From Dehalococcoidia bacterium (GTDB lineage: Bacteria > Chloroflexota > Dehalococcoidia > UBA2979): 64,000 nucleotides of DNA. Numbering within the stretch: the stretch's first letter is position 1; each line of letters begins with the position of its first letter. The position numbers were made by a program, and so were the translations under genes. Under the pieces are notes generated by a model. It was given only the letters and a program-made list of their open reading frames with translations. It searched no databases and was not told the DNA's origin. The stretch lies in NCBI GenBank assembly GCA_963667465.2, contig CAXXDN010000002.1:928001-992000 (forward strand), in the 5' to 3' direction. Shown one piece after another: positions 1 to 11,616 of the stretch.

Positions 1-1
1 T

Positions 2-340
2 GGCCAGCTGGCCGGGTCGGCGGAGGCGTCGGGCTTCGGAATCTTCCTCGCCGTCGTGCTGGTTCTGCAGCTGCCGATCGTCTGGTTCACCTGGCGCCGC
101 ACCGCGACCGCGATCGTGCTCACCCGCTCCGGCGCCCTCGCGCTGCATCGAGGGCGCACCCTCACCGAGGTGCGCTGGGCGGAGCTCGAGCGCATCGAGC
201 GCGTCGAGACGCTCGGCAACGTGCGCTGGCGGCTGGCCGAGCGCGGAGGCACGCACATCGCCGTCGAGGGTGAGATCGAGGACGTGCCGGGGCTGGTCGA
301 GCGCGCCTCCGAGCTGTCCGGTGTTGAACCCGCAGAGTAG
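2..340 (+). CDS. Partial membrane protein, possibly with a bacterial PH-like domain (5' end outside window)
   Basis: Frame is open from position 2; a TM segment is followed by IVLTRSG...EVRWAELERIE, which resembles bPH domains. Confidence 0.5.
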   Translation, partial: GQLAGSAEASGFGIFLAVVLVLQLPIVWFTWRRTATAIVLTRSGALALHRGRTLTEVRWAELERIERVETLGNVRWRLAERGGTHIAVEGEIEDVPGLVERASELSGVEPAE

Positions 341-416
341 CTGCCACAGCAGACTCGCAGGCTGCAAAAGCGCGCTCGCGGGTGCGCGAACGGGCGTTCT
401 GCGCTAGGATGCGGGC

Positions 417-2732
<2,316 letters not shown>

Positions 2733-2786
2733 GCGAAGCGGCCGCCGCCCCGGACACGGCGCGGCCCCACACCGGAGGAGTTCCCG

Positions 2787-3137
2787 ATGAGCCTGACCCT
2801 GACCGTCAGCAAGGACGCCGCCGAGCGACTCGGAATGATCGTCGCCCAGCAGGCCGAGAGCGAGGAGCAAGGTCTTCGTATCTTCGCGCGCGGCGGCGGC
2901 TGCGGCTGTGCCGGCCCCTCCTTCGCGATGGGCATCGACAAGGCTGGTGACGAGGACAGCGTGCTGAGCTTCCATGGCGTCCGCTTCATCGTCGACGCGG
3001 ACACCGCGACCAGCCTCGATGGCGCCTCGATCGACTACACCGAGGACGACCTGATGCGTAAGGGCTTCACCATCGACGCCCCCAACGCGCAGGCGGCCGG
3101 CGGTGGCTGCGGCTGCGCCAGTGGCGAAGGCCACTAG
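2787..3137 (+). CDS. HesB/IscA/ErpA A-type Fe-S cluster carrier
   Basis: GLRIFARGGGCGC, LDGASIDY and C-terminal CGC; GGAGGAG RBS. Confidence 0.9.
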   Translation: MSLTLTVSKDAAERLGMIVAQQAESEEQGLRIFARGGGCGCAGPSFAMGIDKAGDEDSVLSFHGVRFIVDADTATSLDGASIDYTEDDLMRKGFTIDAPNAQAAGGGCGCASGEGH

Positions 3138-3247
3138 GCACTTCCCGGACCCCACGCACCCTCCCGCGGGCTGACGCCTCGTCACGCTCGCGGGTACTGC
3201 CGCCTCGCGGTTGCCCGTGAGCGCGTAGAAGGCTCACGCTGGATCTC

Positions 3248-3862
3248 GTGCTAGATGACCTGAGCGGGTGGCTGCATGACCTGCGCGAGTGGCTGATCGA
3301 CTGGGCGGATAGCCCGGTCGCGCCAATCGCGCTCGTCCTGATCACCGCTTCCGAGTCGATCTTCTTCCCGATCCCCACCGACCCGCTGCTGATCGCGCTC
3401 GCGCTGCGCCACCCGGACGCGGCGCTCATCCTCGCGGCGCTCACCATCGCTGCCTCCGTGCTCGGAGGCGTCGCCGGTCACTGGCTGGGGCTGCGGTTCG
3501 GGCGACCGCTGCTGCTGCGGCTGCACAGCCGGCACGCCGAGCGCGTCGAGGATCTGCTCCGGCGCTGGGGCTTCTGGGCCGTCGCCGCTGCCGGGCTGAC
3601 GCCGATCCCCTACAAGGTCTTCACAATCGGCGCGGGCGTCGTCGGCATCCCGCGCACGCAGTTTGTGTTCGCCTCGATCCTCGGGCGCGGGCTGCGCTTC
3701 GGCGTCTACGGCGTGCTGATCTTCTTCTGGGGCGAGCGCTTCGCCGACTTCATCACGGACCGCTTCGACCTTGTCGTCAGCGCGTTTGCCGCCGCGGCGG
3801 TCGTACTCCTGATCGGCTGGCTCGCGTGGTTCAGACTGCGGACACGCGGCGTCGAGGCCTGA
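3248..3862 (+). CDS. DedA/YqaA (VTT domain) membrane protein
   Basis: ESIFFPIPTDPLL and TPIPYKVFTI motifs. Confidence 0.88.
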   Translation: MLDDLSGWLHDLREWLIDWADSPVAPIALVLITASESIFFPIPTDPLLIALALRHPDAALILAALTIAASVLGGVAGHWLGLRFGRPLLLRLHSRHAERVEDLLRRWGFWAVAAAGLTPIPYKVFTIGAGVVGIPRTQFVFASILGRGLRFGVYGVLIFFWGERFADFITDRFDLVVSAFAAAAVVLLIGWLAWFRLRTRGVEA

Positions 3863-3912
3863 AGCACGGGCTCCCGTATGATGGAGCCGCAGTCCCCGGA
3901 CGAGGAGACTCC

Positions 3913-4809
3913 ATGCACGAGCTCGTGGAACCGATCGGCGAGGTTCGGCCGCTCCGCGACCCGGTGCTGATCGCCGCCTTCTCCGGCTGGAACGACTTCG
4001 GGGGCGCCGCAGGTGCGGCGATCAAGCACCTCGGCGACCAGTGGAAGGCGAGCGACCTCGCCGCGATCCGCAACGAGCGCCTCTTCGACTTCACCGTCCA
4101 GCGCCCGACCGTGCGCCTCGAGGGCGAGCGCCGCGTGATCGACTGGCCCGCGCACCAGTTCCGCGTCGCCAGCCCGCCGGGAGCGGAGCGCGACTTCGTG
4201 CTGCTCAGCGGCCCCGAGCCGCACCTGCGCTGGCGCACGTTCACCGAGGCGATCGCCGAGTTGATGGTGGAGGTTGGCGCGACCACGAGCATCACGATCG
4301 CCGCACAGGCGGGCGCGGTCCCGCACACCCGTCCGCTGCCGGTCACGCTCTCCGCCTCGGACTCTGACTTCGAGGGCCAGTTCGGCCTGCGTGTGCCAAC
4401 GTCCCGCTACGAAGGCCCGACGGGCATCGTCGGCGCGTTCAACGTGGACCAGCGGCAGCGCGGCTTCCGCAACGCCAGCCTCTGGGCGCAGGTGCCGCAC
4501 TACCTCTCGACCGGTCCGAACCCGAACGCGATCGCCGCGCTGATCAAGGTGCTCGATCACGGCTTCGGCACCAACACCTCCCTCGCGAGGATCGAGCGGC
4601 GCATCGAGCGCTTCAGCGAGCAGGTGCAGGAGGCGGTCACGGAGTCCGGCGAAGCCGAGTCCTACATCCAGATGCTCGAGCAGCAGTACGACGACAACCT
4701 CGAGCAGCAAGCGGAGCAGGAGTCAGCCGAGGACGCCGAGCTCCCCTCCGCCGAAGACCTGCTCAGCGACCTCGAGGGCTTCCTCCGCGATCAGCGGGAC
4801 GACGCGTAG
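3913..4809 (+). CDS. PAC2 (proteasome assembly chaperone) family protein
   Basis: AAFSGWND, GPEPHLRW, VPHTRP, YEGPTGIVG and WAQVPHY motifs; GAGGAG RBS before ATG 3913. Confidence 0.88.
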   Translation: MHELVEPIGEVRPLRDPVLIAAFSGWNDFGGAAGAAIKHLGDQWKASDLAAIRNERLFDFTVQRPTVRLEGERRVIDWPAHQFRVASPPGAERDFVLLSGPEPHLRWRTFTEAIAELMVEVGATTSITIAAQAGAVPHTRPLPVTLSASDSDFEGQFGLRVPTSRYEGPTGIVGAFNVDQRQRGFRNASLWAQVPHYLSTGPNPNAIAALIKVLDHGFGTNTSLARIERRIERFSEQVQEAVTESGEAESYIQMLEQQYDDNLEQQAEQESAEDAELPSAEDLLSDLEGFLRDQRDDA

Positions 4810-4926
4810 GCGCAGGGGTCATCCAGCCCGGCAAGCTGCGTGGCATTCTCGGGAGTTCGCGGCGAGCGAACGGCGATCGCCGCGCGCTTCACTCCCCGGC
4901 GGGGCGTTGATAGACTCGAAGGGCTC

Positions 4927-5002
4927 AGGAGTGTAGCTCAGCTGGAAGAGCAGCGGTCTCCAAAACCGCAGGCCGGGGGTTCGAGTCCCTCCACTCCTGC
5001 CA
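4927..5002 (+). tRNA. tRNA-Trp(CCA)
   Basis: Acceptor stem AGGAGTG/CACTCCT, anticodon loop CTCCAAA, GTTCGAGTC T-loop, encoded CCA end. Confidence 0.96.
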
Positions 5003-5031
5003 GCATTCGCCCTCCCGAGGGCGCGAACCGG

Positions 5032-5118
5032 GCCGAGGTGGTGGAATTGGCAGACACGCCGTCTTGAGGGGGCGGTGCCCGCAAGGGCGTATGAGTTCGA
5101 ATCTCATCCTCGGCACCA
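5032..5118 (+). tRNA. tRNA-Leu(GAG)
   Basis: Acceptor stem GCCGAGG/CCTCGGC, anticodon loop TTGAGGG, long variable arm, TTCGAAT, CCA end. Confidence 0.95.
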
Positions 5119-5128
5119 ACGCACATCC

Positions 5129-5155
5129 GAACCGCCGGCTTCACGCCGGCGGTTC
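5129..5155 (+). terminator. Hairpin downstream of the tRNA pair
   Basis: GAACCGCCGGC-TTCAC-GCCGGCGGTTC, a perfect 11-bp stem. Confidence 0.6.
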
Positions 5156-5288
5156 CGCGTCCGGGGCCCCTGGCCGCTCTGGTGCTGTGCGGCCCCGTTC
5201 CTTGTAGGGCTTCGCGGCGCTCGATATAGTCCGCTCGGACCGCGAAGGTCCGTGCAACCCCGGCGTGTATCCCTGAAGGAGTCTGCCG

Positions 5289-6080
5289 ATGGCCGAGCTG
5301 AGACTGGAGATCGAGGACGGAATCGCCGTCGTCACGATGGACAACCCGCCTGTGAACGCGGCCTCCCAGGACTGGGACTTCCAGGGCGTATTCGACTCCT
5401 TCTATTACAACAAGGACGTGCGGGTGGCCGTGCTCACCGGCGAGGGCACGCGCTCGTTCTGCGCCGGGGCGGACGTCAAGCGCCGCGCCGCCGACGTCGG
5501 CGAGGCCCAGCAGTCCGGCGGCGCAGGCGGCGACACCGCATATATCGCCGGACAGCGGCGCGGCCGCGAGAACTTCAACTGCATCCTGGAGTCCGCCGTG
5601 CCGGTGATCGGCGCGATCAACGGCTACTGCCTCGGCGCGGGTATGGCCCTCGCGGGTTCCTGCGACTACCTGATCGCCTCGGAGACGGCGAGCTTCGGGC
5701 TGCCGGAAATCAACGTCGGCTTGCTCGGTGGGGCACGCCACATGATGCGCGCCTTCCCGCACCACATCGTGCGGCGAGCGCACTACAGCGGGGAGCGCAT
5801 CAGCGCGCAGGACGCCTACCACTTCGGCGCCGTCTGGAAGCTGGCCCCGCCCGAGCAACTGATGGACGTGGTGATGGAGGAGGCACGCTTGATCGCCTCC
5901 AAGATGCCGATCGGCATCCGCCTCGCCAAGGAAAACCTCAACGTGATCGAGACGATGGACGTGCGCAACGGCTACCGCTGGGAGCAGACGCGCACGCGCA
6001 TCCTGCAGGAATCCGAGGATGCCCTCGAGGCGAAGAAGGCCTTTGCCGAGAAGCGCCAGCCGATCTACCACGGCCGCTAG
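5289..6080 (+). CDS. Enoyl-CoA hydratase/isomerase family protein
   Basis: FCAGAD, PVIGAINGYCLGAG and FGLPEINVG crotonase motifs. Confidence 0.92.
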   Translation: MAELRLEIEDGIAVVTMDNPPVNAASQDWDFQGVFDSFYYNKDVRVAVLTGEGTRSFCAGADVKRRAADVGEAQQSGGAGGDTAYIAGQRRGRENFNCILESAVPVIGAINGYCLGAGMALAGSCDYLIASETASFGLPEINVGLLGGARHMMRAFPHHIVRRAHYSGERISAQDAYHFGAVWKLAPPEQLMDVVMEEARLIASKMPIGIRLAKENLNVIETMDVRNGYRWEQTRTRILQESEDALEAKKAFAEKRQPIYHGR

Positions 6081-6091
6081 CGCGAACTGCA

Positions 6092-6137
6092 GCGGACGCA
6101 AACGGGGGCGGCTCGAGCCGCCCCCGTTTGCGTCTGC
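6092..6137. terminator. Long hairpin between convergent genes (probable bidirectional terminator)
   Basis: GCGGACGCAAACGGGGGCGGC-TCGA-GCCGCCCCCGTTTGCGTCTGC, a ~21-bp stem. Confidence 0.7.
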
Positions 6138-6148
6138 CCTCGAACCGC

Positions 6149-8371
6149 TCAGGCTGGCGTGCGCGACGGCCACCAGTTCCAGCGACCGAAGATCGCGACG
6201 AGCGCCGGGACGATCAGCGTGCGCGTGATGAAGGTGTCGATCAGCACGCCGACGCCGACCGCGAAACCGAGCTGCACGAGGTCCTCGAGCGGCAGCGTCA
6301 TCAGCGCCGAGAACGTTCCGGCGAGGATCAGGCCGGCTGAGGTGATCACAGGGCCGGTGCGCGCCAGCGCGTGCGCCGTCGCTTCCTTCAGCGGGGCGTG
6401 CCGGACCTCCTCACGGATCCGCGACATCAGGTAGATGTTGTAGTCGACGCTGAGCGCGTTCAGGAAGACGAAGAGGAAGAACGGCACGCCCGGCCCGATG
6501 CCGGCGTGGTCGAAGACGAGCAGGAAGACGATGACCGCGAGGCCGAGCGTCGCGAAGTAGGTGAAAGCGATCGTCGCCATCAGGTAGAGCGGCGCGATCA
6601 GCGAACGCAACAACAACGCCAGCACCACCCCGATCGCCAGCAGAATCAGCGGCAGCACGACCCGCGAGTCGCGGTTGCCGGCCGTCCGCGTGTCGGCCTC
6701 CGCGGCGGTGTCGCCGCCGACCAGCACGCCGCCCGGGTCGAGTCCCGCCGAGGCCGCGGCGTTTCGGGACAGCTCGCGCAGCTCGGGGACAACGTCGAGC
6801 GATGCGTCGGAGAAGGGGTTGTCCGTCAACACTACCTCGATACGCGCCGTGCCGCCGTCGGCGGAGACGAAGCGCGCGCGGGAGCCCTCGGGCCCGCCGG
6901 GAGGGCTGCCCGTGCCGAAGGGACGGCTCGGCCCGGAGGCGCTCGCGACCGCCGGGTGGCCGGCGAGGGCGAGCGTCAGCGCGTCGAGCTGCTCGAGCCG
7001 TTCAGGTTCGAGCACCTGCTCGCCCGGCGGGAGCGAGACGTAGACGCGCGTCGGGGCGAGCTCGCCGGCGGGGAAGGCCTCGCGCAGTAGCTCGAAGCTG
7101 CGCACGGACTCGGTGTTGCCCGGGAGGCTGGCGAGCTGGTCGTAGTTCGGCTGGAAGGCGAAGAGGCCAGCGATGAGCAGCGCCAGCGCCGCCGTCGTGG
7201 CTGCGAGGGAGGCGCGCGGCCAGCGGAGCACAACTCCACCAACGCGGCCGTAGATGCTGCGCCGCCAGTCCTGCGGCGCCTCCGCCTGCGCGGCCGCCTC
7301 GGGGTCCAGTCGAGGCTGCATCGGCCAGAAGACGCGCCGCCCGACGATCGTCAGCACCGCCGGGATCAACGTGAGCGCGGCCAGCATCATCAGCCCCACC
7401 GCGATCGCGATCACGGGACCGAGCGACTGGTACGAGCGCAGGATCGCGAACGTGAGCGCCGCCGAGGCGATCAGGATCGTCGCCCCTGCCGAGGCGACGG
7501 CCCCGCCCACGCCGCGCATCGTGCGGCGCATCGCCTCGTGCGTGTCGGCGTTGCGGGTCAGCTCCTCGCGGAAGCGGGCGGAGACGAAGAGCACGTAGTC
7601 GGTGCCGGTCCCAAAGAGCACGACGGTCATGATGCCCGTCGTCTGGCCGGAGATCGGCAGGTCGAACAGCTTGGCGACGCCCGCGCCGACCGCGCCGGCG
7701 AGCTGGAAGACAAGGCCGACCCCCAGCAGCGGGATCACCGCCATGATCGGCGAACGGTAGATGAGCACCAGCAACACGAGCACCAGCGAGGCGGTGACGA
7801 TCAGCAGGAACGAGTCGATATTCGCGAAGACCTGCACGAGGTCGACGATCAGCCCGCCGGGCCCGCCCACGGCGACCTCGACGCCGGGTAGCTCGAGCGC
7901 CGCGGACCGGTCGCGAATCGCCGTCACGGTGTCGCGGAACGCGCCCTCAGCGGGCTCCCCCGCCAGCTCGGCGAAGACGTAGAGCGTGGTGCCGTCGGCC
8001 GAGACGAGGCCGGACGCGGCGCCCTCGCCGGGCGCGGGGGCGCGGACCGCGATGACGTTGCCGGGAGCGTCAGACCCCGTCAGCCACGCTTCGAGATCGG
8101 CGACGGCCGCCCACGTCGGATCGCTGAGTCCGGTCGCCTCACGAACGACGATGAGCGTGGGCGTGCCCGCCGAGGGGAAACGCTCTCGCGCCAGTTCGAA
8201 GGCGCGGGTGGCCTCGGCGTCCTCGGGAAGGAAGAGCGCCGCCTCGTTCTCCGTCACCTCGTCGAGGCGCGGCAGCTGCGAGATCAGGGCGCCCGCGAGC
8301 AGGATCCAGACGAGCAGCGTGATCCACTTGCCGCGACGGCTGCTCGCGAAGTCGGTAGCGTGCCCCAGCAC
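6149..8371 (-). CDS. MMPL/RND family lipid transporter
   Basis: Two MMPL halves: FGTGTDY..RFREE and LSVDYNIYLMSRIREE; GRWNWWP at the C-terminus. Confidence 0.92.
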   Translation of the reverse strand: MLGHATDFASSRRGKWITLLVWILLAGALISQLPRLDEVTENEAALFLPEDAEATRAFELARERFPSAGTPTLIVVREATGLSDPTWAAVADLEAWLTGSDAPGNVIAVRAPAPGEGAASGLVSADGTTLYVFAELAGEPAEGAFRDTVTAIRDRSAALELPGVEVAVGGPGGLIVDLVQVFANIDSFLLIVTASLVLVLLVLIYRSPIMAVIPLLGVGLVFQLAGAVGAGVAKLFDLPISGQTTGIMTVVLFGTGTDYVLFVSARFREELTRNADTHEAMRRTMRGVGGAVASAGATILIASAALTFAILRSYQSLGPVIAIAVGLMMLAALTLIPAVLTIVGRRVFWPMQPRLDPEAAAQAEAPQDWRRSIYGRVGGVVLRWPRASLAATTAALALLIAGLFAFQPNYDQLASLPGNTESVRSFELLREAFPAGELAPTRVYVSLPPGEQVLEPERLEQLDALTLALAGHPAVASASGPSRPFGTGSPPGGPEGSRARFVSADGGTARIEVVLTDNPFSDASLDVVPELRELSRNAAASAGLDPGGVLVGGDTAAEADTRTAGNRDSRVVLPLILLAIGVVLALLLRSLIAPLYLMATIAFTYFATLGLAVIVFLLVFDHAGIGPGVPFFLFVFLNALSVDYNIYLMSRIREEVRHAPLKEATAHALARTGPVITSAGLILAGTFSALMTLPLEDLVQLGFAVGVGVLIDTFITRTLIVPALVAIFGRWNWWPSRTPA

Positions 8372-8537
8372 GAGCTAGCGGCTCCCGATTGGATCGCGCG
8401 CCGGGAACCTCGATGAGCCGGGCGGCATCCTGTCCACAGGGGGGCTCCTTGACACATCCGTAGGGTGCCAGCGGCCGCGGATCGAGGCTACAGCCGGGCC
8501 CGGCTGTGGGGAAGCGACGCGGTTGCCGGCCCCTGCG

Positions 8538-9728
8538 CTATTGCTGCGAGGGCGTGGCGGGGCGGCGGCGGGAGCGGGCGGGCGCCTCCATGCCGGCGTC
8601 CTCGAAGGCCTTGCGCTGGGCCGCCGCCTGCGGGGCGAACAGCTCGCGCATGTTGTCCTGCGCCCACGAGAGTGAGCCCTCGAGCGAGTCGATCTGGCCC
8701 TGGAAGCGCGGCATCACGTAGCGCGCGAAGAGCTCGAAGCTGCGCTGCGTCTGCTCCGTCGTCGCGAACTCCCGCATCGAGCAGAGCAGCGCGCCAAAAC
8801 CGCCCGAGAGCTCGAGCAGCCGCTCGATGCCCTCGATCGCGTCGTCGGGCGTGCCGACGATCGCGCCGCCACGCTCGACCATCGCCTCGATCGTGTCCTC
8901 GCCCTCGGCGAAGCGGATGCCGAGCGCGCCGGTGTAGCCCTGGTTGTAGGCGATGCAGGCCTCGGCGGTCTGCGCCATCGCCTCCTCCTTCGAGTCGGCG
9001 AGATGGAAGTACATGGTCACGCGCCAGTCGTCGCGGCTGATCTCCGTGCCGTGTTCCGCGGCGGCCTCCTGGGCCCACTCCCACGCTCCCTGCAGCGAGC
9101 CGATGCCGCCCGGCGCCGCCGTGGCCACCGAGAGCATCCCGATGCCGAAGCGCCCCGCCGTCTGCGGCCCCGAGGGTGAGAGGCTGTGCGCGACCGAGAC
9201 CGGGAGGTGGTCCTCGCGGTACGGCGCGAGCTGCAGGTGCGCGTCGCGCAGGTTGAACCAGTCCGTCTCCATCGTGACGTGCTCGCCGCGCAACAGCCGC
9301 AGGATCGCGTCCAGCGACTCCACCATGCGCGCCCGCTGCGTCGAGGGGTCGATGCCCATCATGTAGGCGTCCGAGGCGAGCGCACCCGGCCCCACGCCGA
9401 ACAGCGCGCGCCCTCGGGTGAGGTGGTCGAGGAACATCATCCGGTCGGCGACCATCAGCGGGTTGTGGTACGGGAGGCTGACGACGCCGGTGCCAAGCTT
9501 GATCTGCTTCGTGCGCGCGGCCATGTGCGCGGCGAAGAGCGCCGGGTCCGGGATGAACTCCCAGCCCACGCTGTGGTGCTCGCCGATCCAGGCCTCGTCG
9601 TAGCCGAGGCGGTCGAGCTCCTCGATCAGCGCTGCGTCGCGCTCGAGAGCGAGCGTGGGGTTCTCGCCGGGCTCGTGGAACGGCGCGAGGAAGATGCCGA
9701 ACTTCATCCGGCGCGGTCGGTAACCCAT
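8538..9728 (-). CDS. LLM-class flavin-dependent oxidoreductase (limonene monooxygenase-like)
   Basis: MKFGIFLAPFH, AWIGEHHS, LGTGVVSLPYHNP and GVGPGALASD motifs. Confidence 0.9.
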   Translation of the reverse strand: MGYRPRRMKFGIFLAPFHEPGENPTLALERDAALIEELDRLGYDEAWIGEHHSVGWEFIPDPALFAAHMAARTKQIKLGTGVVSLPYHNPLMVADRMMFLDHLTRGRALFGVGPGALASDAYMMGIDPSTQRARMVESLDAILRLLRGEHVTMETDWFNLRDAHLQLAPYREDHLPVSVAHSLSPSGPQTAGRFGIGMLSVATAAPGGIGSLQGAWEWAQEAAAEHGTEISRDDWRVTMYFHLADSKEEAMAQTAEACIAYNQGYTGALGIRFAEGEDTIEAMVERGGAIVGTPDDAIEGIERLLELSGGFGALLCSMREFATTEQTQRSFELFARYVMPRFQGQIDSLEGSLSWAQDNMRELFAPQAAAQRKAFEDAGMEAPARSRRRPATPSQQ

Positions 9729-9761
9729 CCTGCCGTCCCTCCAGGCCGTCGCCCGCAGCCG

Positions 9762-10208
9762 CTACTGGCGGTCCATGCGCAGCACGCGCCGCGAGAGGCG
9801 CCAGCCCTCTGCCGTGCGGCGCCACTCGTCCGTGTAGACACCCGAGATCTGCGGGATCGCCGTAGACCGGCCGCCGCTGACCCGCGTCTCGAAGAGCATC
9901 GCGCGCGTCTGTGCCGTGTCGCCATCGAGGGCGTCGAAGACCACACCGCCGGGCGCGTGGCGGGTGCGCTCGCGCGGGTCAGGAGCGCGCATGCCCTCGA
10001 TCTGCCCGCTGTGCGAGCGCCTCGCCCAGCGCTCGATGGCTTCGCGGCCCCGCTCGCTGATAGCGGGCGCATCGTGGCCGCGGGTGTATACCTCGAACTC
10101 GGCGTGCTCGGCAAAGCAGTCGGCGTAGGCGGCCGCGTCCTTCGCGTCCCACGCGTAGGCGTAGCGCGCGACCAGCTCCATGATCTCCAGGCGATCGTCC
10201 GCGCTCAT
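9762..10208 (-). CDS. SnoaL-like/NTF2 family protein
   Basis: DRLEIMELVARYAYAWD...GVYTDEWRRTAEGWRL; start trimmed to ATG 10208. Confidence 0.85.
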   Translation of the reverse strand: MSADDRLEIMELVARYAYAWDAKDAAAYADCFAEHAEFEVYTRGHDAPAISERGREAIERWARRSHSGQIEGMRAPDPRERTRHAPGGVVFDALDGDTAQTRAMLFETRVSGGRSTAIPQISGVYTDEWRRTAEGWRLSRRVLRMDRQ

Positions 10209-10348
10209 GACGCCTCCTCTCGGGCGTTGCCTCGCGGCGAGGATACCCCGCCGGCACGGAAACCGGATCGCCCGGCCGCTGCACCCGGCGCCTCGCCCGA
10301 TGGTAGGATCGAGGTGACACGCCCGCCTCGGCGGGCGTCTCGCGGCGG

Positions 10349-10422
<74 letters not shown>

Positions 10423-10425
10423 GCA

Positions 10426-10854
10426 CTACCCCCGCGCCGGCGGCTCGACGCCGAGCTGCTCCCACAGCGCCTCGCGGTCAAAGAAGAACCAGCCCTCGGC
10501 GATACGACCGCCCTCGATGCGGACGATCGCCATGCCCATCACCTCGACCCGATTGCCCGTCGCCTCGACGCCGCGAAACGGGCCGAGGTGCGTGCCGCGC
10601 AACGTCAGGCGAAGGCCGACGCGATCGCCCTCGGCCACGAGGTCATCGGGCGCCTCGACGAGGTCGGGGAAGGCGCGGCGCACGTTCGTGACGAGCTGGC
10701 GCACACCGCTCGGTCCCGGCGTCTGGCCCGGGTGGGCGTGCCTGTTGACGTACTCGGGCGCGAAGATCTCATCGACGAGATCGACGTTGCCCTTGTTCAT
10801 CACCTCTTCAAAGAAGCGCCGCACAAGCGCCTTGTTTGCCTCTGTGTTGCTCAT
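10426..10854 (-). CDS. SnoaL-like ester cyclase
   Basis: EANKALVRRF, AFPDL, AEGDRV and GTHLGPF motifs. Confidence 0.9.
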   Translation of the reverse strand: MSNTEANKALVRRFFEEVMNKGNVDLVDEIFAPEYVNRHAHPGQTPGPSGVRQLVTNVRRAFPDLVEAPDDLVAEGDRVGLRLTLRGTHLGPFRGVEATGNRVEVMGMAIVRIEGGRIAEGWFFFDREALWEQLGVEPPARG

Positions 10855-10914
10855 CGGCAGCCTCCCGTTGGCAGCCAGCGTATCGCGGGCTGCCGACTGC
10901 GGCCGGAGTACGGA

Positions 10915-11313
10915 CTACAGCCTCGAGGAGCCCGGTAGCCTGGCCATTTTGCGATCCAGCGTCAGCACCTCCAGTCCTGCCCTCACGTAGTCGCCGGCAA
11001 TGAGGCGGTCCATGAGGCCAGGACCACCAGACGCCTCAAGGGCATCGAGAACGGACCGCCCCTGCTGGGGGGTCACCAATCCACTCTGCAGTGTCGCCAG
11101 GAGAGCGGCTCGGACTTGATCTCCGGACAGTCCGTAATGGTGTCGTGTTGTGATGTATGCCTCGCCCACTACCTGATTGGAGGCGAAGAGCTCTGCGCCA
11201 TCTTCTTCGATGAGTGTCCGCAGTTGTTCCACGCAGCGGGCGAAGGCATCAGCAGGCTGGCCGGTGATTAACCGCACCAGCACCGAGGTGTCAATCCCGT
11301 AGCGACGGGTCAT
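10915..11313 (-). CDS. vapC: PIN-domain toxin (VapC family)
   Basis: IDTSVLVRL, VVGE, DRLI and TLDR acidic PIN residues; overlaps the upstream antitoxin; lower GC than flanks. Confidence 0.85.
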   Translation of the reverse strand: MTRRYGIDTSVLVRLITGQPADAFARCVEQLRTLIEEDGAELFASNQVVGEAYITTRHHYGLSGDQVRAALLATLQSGLVTPQQGRSVLDALEASGGPGLMDRLIAGDYVRAGLEVLTLDRKMARLPGSSRL

Positions 11314-11533
11314 AGGGCTGATTTCGGACCTGCTCGAGATCGAACGGCTCGTGACCGGGGCCGATCAAGTCTCGGAGTGTCCCGAGTTTCGACACGTCGA
11401 CGCGCCGGGGGTGGATCGAGAAGCCGTCCGGGCCTTCCCTGATCTCCAGCCGATCACCGGGTTTCACTCCCAGCGCATCCAGCACACGAGCAGGAAAGGT
11501 GACTTGGCGCTTTGAAGTGACTCGCACCAGCAT
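11291..11533 (-). CDS. AbrB/MazE/SpoVT-type antitoxin
   Basis: VRVTSKRQVTFPARVLDALGVKPGDRLEI; AAGGAG RBS. Confidence 0.87.
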   Translation of the reverse strand: MLVRVTSKRQVTFPARVLDALGVKPGDRLEIREGPDGFSIHPRRVDVSKLGTLRDLIGPGHEPFDLEQVRNQPYDPSLRD

Positions 11534-11542
11534 TGCGATACT

Positions 11543-11569
11543 CCTTACCGCAAGACTACATCGGTAAGG
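11543..11569. promoter_or_regulatory. Putative TA autoregulatory operator overlapping the -10 box
   Basis: Inverted repeat CCTTACCG-N11-CGGTAAGG; the minus-strand spacer contains TAGTCT. Confidence 0.6.
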
Positions 11570-11616
11570 GCTGCATGGCAAAAATCAGCAGGGCCTCTAA
11601 TCGCTCGCTCAGCCGC

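Noticed and set aside
4840-5119. Short ORFs overlapping tRNA genes (also 10205-10465 and 35495-35905)
   Set aside because: They are spurious translations of tRNA sequence.
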